This document shows positions 47,782-55,225 of a stretch of DNA of 64,000 bases, piece after piece (the stretch's first letter is position 1; each line of letters begins with the position of its first letter). A model generated the notes under the pieces. That model had not been told where the DNA came from and made no database searches. It saw only the letters and a list, made by a program, of their open reading frames with translations. The stretch spans positions 165,657 to 229,656 of IMG/VR virus record IMGVR_UViG_3300048672_001051; one strand, written 5' to 3'. The translations under genes were made by a program, and so were the position numbers.

Positions 47782-47990
47782 GCCTTAACTCCTTTAGCAA
47801 TGCATTGACAAGTATTATCTAGGTTGCCACAAAACTGGCAACCAGACTCGTAGATCGCAAGATGATAATTCAACTGCAACTCGAGCACTTCAATTTCTTG
47901 AAGTGCTTTCTCCCAAGCTGGCCCACACTCTTGCGGAAGCTTTTCTGCGAGGTCTGCAATCTTGGCCTCAATTTCATATGACGGATTCAT
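47778..47990 (-). CDS. Small Cys-rich protein
   Basis: CQFCG...CQC; AGGAG SD. Confidence 0.6.
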   Translation of the reverse strand: MNPSYEIEAKIADLAEKLPQECGPAWEKALQEIEVLELQLNYHLAIYESGCQFCGNLDNTCQCIAKGVKA

Positions 47991-48015
47991 ACTTAACTCC
48001 TAAGCGAGCTGATCC

Positions 48016-48411
48016 TCATAACAGACCATTTTGCTTTTGCTTTTGATTCGCTCCGGCGATACCAGTACAGTTATCCTGCGCTGCTTTAAGCCGCTGAATA
48101 TACACTGTTAAGTCCTGGCCGGTCTTTACGCGAACGTTATTAATAAACAAGGCGATAACACCTTGAGCGAATGAGATGCCTAGCCAGACATTAGCCTTCT
48201 TAGCCAAATAGGCTTCGTCAGAAGGTTTGATGCCAGCCGCTTCCAGCACCAAGTCAGGCGTTACGCCGCTACTAGAGGGCTCGAACGCACCGAAGAGTAT
48301 CGGCACAAAATCATTCGCGCCATACTCTTCGGTGGTATGAGAATCTGCAAAGCATACCATTATGGTGCTCCTAATAATTAACCTTGAAGTGTTTAGCTTC
48401 AAGTGCCGCAA
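48016..48411 (-). CDS. Hypothetical protein
   Basis: Probable start MVCFAD after AGGAG; C-terminus runs through the promoter-like motif. Confidence 0.55.
   Translation of the reverse strand: MRHLKLNTSRLIIRSTIMVCFADSHTTEEYGANDFVPILFGAFEPSSSGVTPDLVLEAAGIKPSDEAYLAKKANVWLGISFAQGVIALFINNVRVKTGQDLTVYIQRLKAAQDNCTGIAGANQKQKQNGLL
48024..48044 (-). promoter_or_regulatory. Phage promoter-like motif
   Basis: AAAAGCAAAAGCAAAATGGTCTGTTATGAGGAT. Confidence 0.75.
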
Positions 48412-48676
48412 TCACATCCGCTTTGTACTGCGGATGATCTTCGGCAGAGTCACTGATGTTCACCTCTTGAGTAGTAGAGGTGAAATGATTCTGCCACGAA
48501 TCATCTGGCCACTGGGCCTGTGGATCGTTACAAGCTGAGTCGTGGCAAGATGCCGACCATAGCTCGTAGCAAGCACTGGCCACTTCGGACGGCGTACCAC
48601 CGTCCGCTATTATTACATCCAAAGCCTTCTTAGCTTTGGCATTTTGATTCTGATGGTGAGTCAGGTTAATTTTCAT
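48371..48676 (-). CDS. Hypothetical protein
   Basis: GAGG SD. Confidence 0.6.
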   Translation of the reverse strand: MKINLTHHQNQNAKAKKALDVIIADGGTPSEVASACYELWSASCHDSACNDPQAQWPDDSWQNHFTSTTQEVNISDSAEDHPQYKADVIAALEAKHFKVNY

Positions 48677-48740
48677 GATGAATCCTCAAGAGCTTTTAGA
48701 AGGGAGCTCTTATTATAAACCCTAAAATCCGAGTGCAGCG

Positions 48741-49004
48741 TTAGTTCAGAAGAAGAAACTCTGGGTCTACTAATTCTTCGATGTAGACCTCCAAAGTTTC
48801 TTCCGCTTTATACCGGCGCACGATGTCGTGCTTGATCCCTGAAGCGACTACCAGAAAATGGTAGTCCCGCTCAAATATCAGGAATGTGCCATCGACGTTT
48901 ATGTCGATGTCGCGCGCTTTAAATGCAGCGCGCAGTTCTTGCACTTGTTGCTCGTTCATGTATTTTCTCCTTATTAAGATGGGCATGACCCCGAATAATA
49001 ACAA
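48741..49004 (-). CDS. Hypothetical protein
   Basis: Probable start MNEQQ after TAAGGAG. Confidence 0.6.
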   Translation of the reverse strand: MLLFGVMPILIRRKYMNEQQVQELRAAFKARDIDINVDGTFLIFERDYHFLVVASGIKHDIVRRYKAEETLEVYIEELVDPEFLLLN

Positions 49005-49015
49005 ACCTCATAACA

Positions 49016-49030
49016 GACCATTTTGCTTTT
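49016..49030 (-). promoter_or_regulatory. Phage promoter-like motif
   Basis: AAGATCAAAAGCAAAATGGTCTGTTATGAGG. Confidence 0.75.
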
Positions 49031-49182
49031 GATCTTTATGGGACGCCAGTGTTTAACGGTACATTGGAAACCGATAGGTTATTATTTTCATAATAATTCC
49101 TCTTTGTTAGCAATCAAACATATAAGTACTATTATCAAATACTTATATGTTTGATTGAGGGTTGTGAGAAACCCTCAAAATA

Positions 49183-49368
49183 TTACTTCTTCCGTCTAGG
49201 TCGCCGACCTTTCCCTGACCCCTTTTTAAGGATCAGGGTTTTAACAATACGATGCTTCCCAAGGCGCATATCACGGGAGGCATAGTACTCTCCGTTATAT
49301 TCAGCTGGCCAAATACTCCAGTCTATTCCTTTGTATTCATCGGGTCCTTCCATTACAAGGACCCCCAA
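49183..49368 (-). CDS. Small basic protein
   Basis: Lys/Arg-rich tail. Confidence 0.5.
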   Translation of the reverse strand: MGVLVMEGPDEYKGIDWSIWPAEYNGEYYASRDMRLGKHRIVKTLILKKGSGKGRRPRRKK

Positions 49369-49646
49369 CCATTAGCCACAGCCCAGTCTCGAGCTGCCTC
49401 AACAGTCTGGAAAGTGTTAAAGGCTACTTTGCTGTAGCCTTTTGAGCGGAAAGGAGAGCACAAATACGTGCTCAAAATTCCTTTAACATGGAGAGTGAAT
49501 ACACCTTCACTCTCTTTCCGGACTATGAATCCGTTAAAACTCCAAGTTTCCATAATGAAACTCCTTAATAAGAACAGGCTCATTACACCTGTACACACTT
49601 TTGGAATGGAGAGTGTGCAAAAGAACTCCAAGGAATTATTCCACAT
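49353..49646 (-). CDS. Hypothetical protein
   Basis: Probable start METWS after TAAGGAG. Confidence 0.55.
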   Translation of the reverse strand: MWNNSLEFFCTLSIPKVCTGVMSLFLLRSFIMETWSFNGFIVRKESEGVFTLHVKGILSTYLCSPFRSKGYSKVAFNTFQTVEAARDWAVANGWGSL

Positions 49647-49732
49647 ATGGATATTATAAAACTAATACCCATAAATTGAATAACTTAAGTAGTTCTTTAT
49701 TTATACTGCCGAACTACGTGAGCAGTCTTCTT

Positions 49733-50035
49733 TTAAAGACCGAAGAGGTCTGCAATGGCATTAGCCACTGCAAGAAGGTCTTGGTCAATGCAGCTCAGGG
49801 GTGTGTCCCCTAAGCTAACGTGTCCGTCAATGACGACCCACAAATAGCGGCCTTCGTCGCCAAAGGTGACAAAGATTTCCGCCATGCCGCCAGCCTCTGC
49901 AGCTTCGACGAGTTGCTCGAAGCTTGCGACCTTTCCGTCAATCTCGACGGACTTTATCAGGCCTTGCAGTTGGTTAATATCCATAATGTATTCTCCAAAA
50001 TGATGGGCATCACCCCAATGTTGACACTTTACCAA
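49733..50035 (-). CDS. Hypothetical acidic protein
   Basis: Probable start MDINQ after GGAG. Confidence 0.6.
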   Translation of the reverse strand: MVKCQHWGDAHHFGEYIMDINQLQGLIKSVEIDGKVASFEQLVEAAEAGGMAEIFVTFGDEGRYLWVVIDGHVSLGDTPLSCIDQDLLAVANAIADLFGL

Positions 50036-50148
50036 TGCGGCAGGTGGTCAACGATAACCCGTATTACAATTATAAGAACCAACTAAGGATTCTCATAAGT
50101 GTAACATGTATGCAATTATACTCCCGCATACAAGGGGAGTTTCGCATG

Positions 50149-50334
50149 TTAGGGATAAACACGAACCCCTAACATGCAAGCCTTCACCTCGATCTCGCGA
50201 GGTGAAGGAGGTAATTGCGTGAACTGGGCGGGGTGGACTTCCCCCAAGACCAGTTCGACCATTGCGTCATACTCGGCCTGACGCGCGGCCTTTTCAGACT
50301 TGCGGGAAGCCTGAAAGAGATCTATGCTGAACAT
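50149..50334 (-). CDS. Hypothetical protein
   Basis: AGGAG SD; downstream of a promoter-like motif. Confidence 0.6.
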   Translation of the reverse strand: MFSIDLFQASRKSEKAARQAEYDAMVELVLGEVHPAQFTQLPPSPREIEVKACMLGVRVYP

Positions 50335-50370
50335 AGAGCACTCCTAAGAAAGAGGACAATCCTCACAAAA

Positions 50371-50391
50371 GACCATTTTGCTTTTGCTTTT
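50371..50391 (-). promoter_or_regulatory. Phage promoter-like motif
   Basis: AAAAGCAAAAGCAAAATGGTCTTTTGTGAGGAT. Confidence 0.75.
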
Positions 50392-50541
50392 GGTCTCGCG
50401 GAGGTACGAATTGGTGAGTTGGTTACAAGTTAGATTTCCCGTCTAACCAACTCACCGCACTATTGTTTCTGCTTCGGATCTTGATCTTGATCTTGATCCT
50501 AGTAGAAACAACCTACAGGGTTTGTGGCAACCCTCGTAACA

Positions 50542-50612
50542 GACCATTTTGCTTTTGCTTTTGCTTTGGCTTTTGCTTTTGCTTTTGCTTTTGCTTTTGC
50601 TTTTGCTTTTGC
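50542..50612 (-). promoter_or_regulatory. Phage promoter-like motif with 10 tandem AAAAGC hexamers
   Basis: Plus strand GACCATTTT then (GCTTTT)x10 at 50551-50610, one copy GCTTTG. Confidence 0.75.
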
Positions 50613-50649
50613 GGAGTGTAGAGAAATTCTACACTCCACCAATAACCCC

Positions 50650-51078
50650 TTAAAGGACAGTTAGATTGCACGGAATAACTGCTAACAATTTAGTCAGCTC
50701 CTCCTTATTTAGAACTGTGTCTCCATTTTTCTTCCTCCAATCATTAGCAGACCAGTACTTGACGTATTTTAGAACCATCTTAAGGTAATCTACCTCTTTA
50801 GCTGGGCCTGACAATATCAAATCGACAGGTCTAGACCTGTCTTTAATTAACCCTAACGAACTAGTTAAGGTGAGGATTGCCTTTGCAGATGGCAATCCTG
50901 TGCTAAATATTTCTAGCTGTTTATGTTTACTCATAGAGAGACCTTGGTAATCTGCCGTCAACAATACGTCTGACTTGTAAGGCACTACTACCTTTTTGTA
51001 GTCCTTGTCTTGTAGGGGTACAGACAATTCTAAATGAATTGTAACTGTGTTATCTGCAGTTTTACTTGATAAGTTCAT
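50650..51078 (-). CDS. Degenerate RNase H-like protein
   Basis: YVKYWSANDWRKKNGDTVLNKEE resembles the RNase HI WxxxGWxxxxxxPVKNxDL segment; catalytic acids not evident. Confidence 0.45.
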   Translation of the reverse strand: MNLSSKTADNTVTIHLELSVPLQDKDYKKVVVPYKSDVLLTADYQGLSMSKHKQLEIFSTGLPSAKAILTLTSSLGLIKDRSRPVDLILSGPAKEVDYLKMVLKYVKYWSANDWRKKNGDTVLNKEELTKLLAVIPCNLTVL

Positions 51079-51124
51079 AATTGTATCCTAGAAGTGGGGC
51101 TGCTATTACACAGCCCCGTTGGGT

Positions 51125-54100
51125 TTAAGCTTGTAAAGCTTGGATTAAACGGTACATCATTGACTCTGTATACATGTCGTATACTTTGCCATCAATGACC
51201 GCACCTTCAGCATCTTTCAACAAGACAAAGTTACTTGTCAATGGTGATTGATCGCTGAACATCAACGCATCGAGGGATGGTGCGCTCAAGTGCAAGGCAG
51301 CTACTTGACGCATCACTGCCATGAACTTAGCGCAGAACTGGTCTACGCTCATGTTCAATGAGCTGAAGTTGAACAGCAAGCCATTTGTGAAAACATCCAC
51401 AACAGCCTCTTTAGCCGCAGCTAGCCGGGCGATATACTCATCACGGCTTTCATCTTTTTTCTGCAAGATGAAACCAGGACGTATTATCTCGCTGACAGCC
51501 AGCTTCGAGCCAAGGCTTGAATGCTTCATGCCGTTCATAGCCTCTTCCTGCACCAACACACCAATTACGTATGCAACGGTGTTAAAGAATTCCTCATGCA
51601 TAGCTGCAGGAATGTCCGCCAATCCTTTACCATCCATACGTACAGAAGTATGGTATGTGAAGAATCGTTGTAGGTTCTTGGTATAAGAACCTACGTTGGC
51701 TTTCGCATCAGCAGATTCCTTGATAGTTGCAAACAACTCAACCCAAGAGAACTGATTAACGCTTGCGCCGCCAAAGCCAAGAGCGTTCATCTCTTTGGCC
51801 AGGTAGTTTTGATGCCACTTAGCAGCGAAGTACTTATCATCAAGCACCTTAGCTTCAAAAGTGTTCAACTTCACTTTACCATGTGAAGTCAAGCGAACCA
51901 AGTCACCGTCTGCATCATTTTGCAATGATAACAAGTAGTTAGCTGGCGCGAACACCGCGCAGTTGAAGATCTCAGCCATGTCTTTGTTCAACATGTCTTC
52001 TTCTACGAAGTTGGCCTCGGCTTCAGCTGCGATGCGCTTAGCTTTCAGGTAAGCGTTGCTGTCACGGCCTTGACCAGCTTTTTCAAACTTGGCGTTGGCC
52101 CGGTTAAGCTGTTGCAGCGCGTGGTGACGCTTAGGCAGCTTACTGTGTACCATCATACCAGTTTGTAGCTCTGGCATGATTACAGGATGCTTGGTAGCCA
52201 GCATTGTGCCACCATTACGCATGGCCAGGCACCACAGCTCATTGGCTTTAGAAGCCCAAGGAGCGCAGATCAAAGCGCCATACATACCCTCAACTTTCAG
52301 GCGACCCAACTGCTTACCCAAGATCTCGCATTGGGTGTATTGGAGCATGTTGACCGAGAAGTTCTCGACAAATGCTCCGATTGTTGGTTTGGCTTTTAAG
52401 TTCAAGGTGTACTCATCAACCTCATACTGACCAACCAGACCGCGAACGGCCTTGAGGAAGGTGTTAAAGTACCCTTGACTTTGAATCATTGTTGCATAGG
52501 CAGATGTTTCAGCCATATTCCCACAAAGGATGCGTTGCCCTGTTAAGTAGGTCAGTGGTGTACCTGCCTTGTCAGTCAACTCAACCCAACGTACATTAGG
52601 ATCGTTGATACCTAATACACAGGCAACGTCCACAAAGAACGCGCGGTGAACATACCCTTCACCTAATGTGTCTAGGTCTAGCCCATATGTTGCCACCAAA
52701 CGGGCGATCTTACCAACAACAGAAGCTAGTGGTAGTGTATATACCCCAGCGGCTGTTTTGTCGCTCAGACGACCCTGCACCCAATCTAGGGCCATGTTGA
52801 CGTCGTCTTTCTTGTCAGAATTAAGCTCGAGAGACATTGCATGTTGCAGCATGTCTTGAACCATCTGTTGGCCGTGAGTGGTACGCATCATGTCGAACTC
52901 GCTCGACACGACGTTAACCACTTTTGGTTTGCGAGTGATAACACCAGACTCGCGCAACTCACGTAGCGCATCTGGCAGTGGAGCCATAGAGCCAGCGTCT
53001 GCCAACTCTGCGACTTTGTTAAACACGACAGCTATCAGCAATGGATCATCGCCAATGATGTCATGTTTCTTATACGCTGCTTCCAACAACTTAGCAGCGT
53101 TATCAATGTAGCTGTTGACCACAAAGTCACGGTCAACAAACTTATAACCATGACTAATTGTGTAATGGTTAGTCGCAACCATCTGTACATCGTTCAGCAC
53201 ACAGACTTCGACCTCAAGTCCGTTGATCTCAACAACTTCCCAAATTGAGTTCAACTCGGTTGGATCGTTGATGATGTCCATAACTTCGCAGTTAGGATGT
53301 TTGGCTTGATACAGACCAGCCAAACCACCTTTATATGAAGCTTTTGAAGCCAGAGATACGCCAGCATCAGCCAAGTCTTTATCGACAAAACCTGCCCATG
53401 AGAGGGTTGACTTAATCAAGCCTTCGGTATTATCGCCAACAGCACGACAGAAACCAACTGTCAGCATTGTATCGCTGTCAGCCAAAATATTACCTGCCAC
53501 AAGAGCGTTACGCAGCTCAGTGGCAGTCTTAAGGTTGCGCTTGGCAACAGCTTTAGCCTTACCGGCTTTAGACGCCTTTACAGCGTCGTAGGCAGCTGTT
53601 GCAGCGTCAAGTGCTACGTTAGGGTCACGCAACACCCAAACCTCACCAAAGGCGAATCCGACGCCGTCCTTATTGCACAGCTTCTCAAAGCGAGAAGCTG
53701 TGTGCTTGATGCTCAAGGCTGACAGCAGTGAACCATCAGCTTGTTCAGTCAGCATGTAGCCTAACTGTTCATGCTCACGAATGTAACCGTCAGCAGCGTG
53801 GCTGCCAGATACCAAGCCATAAACACCTGGCTTGAAATGCTCCAGATACTGGTTTACAGGGTACTTACTGTAAACCATTGGATGTGAAACGGGTGTAACA
53901 GCACCGTTCGCTGCGCGAAGTACGAGGTGCTTCGCTGGATCAGCGATCAGCGCTTCGTAAGACAGGTTGCCAGCGCGCAGGAGGATCAATTTCTCGATCC
54001 AACTCAAGCTCATGAGCTTGATATTAAAGCCACGAGCACCAGTGTCGTGAAACACATGGATACGGCTCAGCGCATCAACCACTTCAGCAGTGGTATTACT

Positions 54101-54760
54101 GCTAGTGATCTTGACACTAGCTTGAACAAAGCCTAGCACAGATTCAACTGCACTGTACTTCATTGCAGTGGCCTTCATGCCATGACCTAGGCGGATATTA
54201 ACACCACCTTTGTCAAACTGAGGCTTTTCCGCAATGTTACGGCGGAAAGCCTCAGCCATCGGCTGAATTGGGTACGAGTCCAATTGGCCCGCGCACTTCA
54301 CAGCCCACTCTATTAGAGCGAGCTTGTCATCTGTCAAGCCGTGACCGAAATAGACCAACACTTTGGCGATGGAGTTAGAGTACTCCAGGCCACGGGTGTT
54401 GACGAATATTGAATAAAGCTCAAGCATCGCCCGAGCCTTGTTCAAACCTCCGACAACTTCTAGGTCCTCCTGATCCAATTCCACTTTCGTGAAACCAGAT
54501 ACAGCAGGGGCGTTAATGACACGCAAGATGTCACCCTTCGCAACGGCCATTGATTCTACATAGTAGAACTCTTTGGCCATGTGCTGGATGGTGGCATCCA
54601 GCTTATCGCGGTCGACAAGGTGTGGGTACACCTCAGCACGGTCTTTTTTGGAGCCGGAAACATAGGCCAAAACAGCGGCCTTGTTGGACCAGTTCAGGAC
54701 TGATTGATACATAGCTGTGGTCTTCATGGTTGAAGTTCCTTTGGTGGTTGAGTTAGTCAT
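51125..54760 (-). CDS. Single-chain two-barrel DNA-directed RNA polymerase 1 (YonO/QDE-1-like fold, putative)
   Basis: 1211 aa. Catalytic-type QNDADGD, upstream ATKHP (RxP-like), beta-like RAVG..GLIKS, C-terminal KANVG and LVQEEAMNGMKH shared with 17155-20778. Confidence 0.75.
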   Translation of the reverse strand: MTNSTTKGTSTMKTTAMYQSVLNWSNKAAVLAYVSGSKKDRAEVYPHLVDRDKLDATIQHMAKEFYYVESMAVAKGDILRVINAPAVSGFTKVELDQEDLEVVGGLNKARAMLELYSIFVNTRGLEYSNSIAKVLVYFGHGLTDDKLALIEWAVKCAGQLDSYPIQPMAEAFRRNIAEKPQFDKGGVNIRLGHGMKATAMKYSAVESVLGFVQASVKITSSNTTAEVVDALSRIHVFHDTGARGFNIKLMSLSWIEKLILLRAGNLSYEALIADPAKHLVLRAANGAVTPVSHPMVYSKYPVNQYLEHFKPGVYGLVSGSHAADGYIREHEQLGYMLTEQADGSLLSALSIKHTASRFEKLCNKDGVGFAFGEVWVLRDPNVALDAATAAYDAVKASKAGKAKAVAKRNLKTATELRNALVAGNILADSDTMLTVGFCRAVGDNTEGLIKSTLSWAGFVDKDLADAGVSLASKASYKGGLAGLYQAKHPNCEVMDIINDPTELNSIWEVVEINGLEVEVCVLNDVQMVATNHYTISHGYKFVDRDFVVNSYIDNAAKLLEAAYKKHDIIGDDPLLIAVVFNKVAELADAGSMAPLPDALRELRESGVITRKPKVVNVVSSEFDMMRTTHGQQMVQDMLQHAMSLELNSDKKDDVNMALDWVQGRLSDKTAAGVYTLPLASVVGKIARLVATYGLDLDTLGEGYVHRAFFVDVACVLGINDPNVRWVELTDKAGTPLTYLTGQRILCGNMAETSAYATMIQSQGYFNTFLKAVRGLVGQYEVDEYTLNLKAKPTIGAFVENFSVNMLQYTQCEILGKQLGRLKVEGMYGALICAPWASKANELWCLAMRNGGTMLATKHPVIMPELQTGMMVHSKLPKRHHALQQLNRANAKFEKAGQGRDSNAYLKAKRIAAEAEANFVEEDMLNKDMAEIFNCAVFAPANYLLSLQNDADGDLVRLTSHGKVKLNTFEAKVLDDKYFAAKWHQNYLAKEMNALGFGGASVNQFSWVELFATIKESADAKANVGSYTKNLQRFFTYHTSVRMDGKGLADIPAAMHEEFFNTVAYVIGVLVQEEAMNGMKHSSLGSKLAVSEIIRPGFILQKKDESRDEYIARLAAAKEAVVDVFTNGLLFNFSSLNMSVDQFCAKFMAVMRQVAALHLSAPSLDALMFSDQSPLTSNFVLLKDAEGAVIDGKVYDMYTESMMYRLIQALQA

Positions 54761-54763
54761 TAA

Positions 54764-55225
54764 TCAGCACTCCTGTGTGAACATGACAGTAAGATCATGG
54801 AACGTTTCATTGCCCCAAGACCAAGGTGTGTCAGTCAGTATCAACAAATCTGACCGACGGTTAATAAACTGCACTAAGCGATAGCTCGTAGACTCACGAG
54901 CATCTAGGCTAAACTTCTTAATGCCAAAATGTTTTTTCAAACACTCCTTAATACTAAGAAGCTCAGCTACGCCGAGCTTGCCGACACACGCGAGATCAAC
55001 TACCTCTCGTTTCGTTACAATGAGGTAACAGTTGTGTGTATAAAACACTGTTACCTTTTTAGCCTCTGCATAGTCCAACACGCACTCGGGGCTTACGATA
55101 TCCTGTAAGCCATGCATGTACTCAGGATACGCCTGAGCTTCGATTGATTGCACCTGAGTACAAACAGCCATGAACTGGGTCAGATCCATGTTCTTGGTGA
55201 CGATAATATTATCCATATTATGCAA
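54764..55225 (-). CDS. GNAT-like fold protein (putative)
   Basis: IEAQAYP...VVDLA...SLDARESTSY. Confidence 0.4.
   Translation of the reverse strand: MHNMDNIIVTKNMDLTQFMAVCTQVQSIEAQAYPEYMHGLQDIVSPECVLDYAEAKKVTVFYTHNCYLIVTKREVVDLACVGKLGVAELLSIKECLKKHFGIKKFSLDARESTSYRLVQFINRRSDLLILTDTPWSWGNETFHDLTVMFTQEC

Noticed and set aside
50551-50610. CRISPR-like repeat
   Set aside because: Pure hexamer tandem with no spacers.
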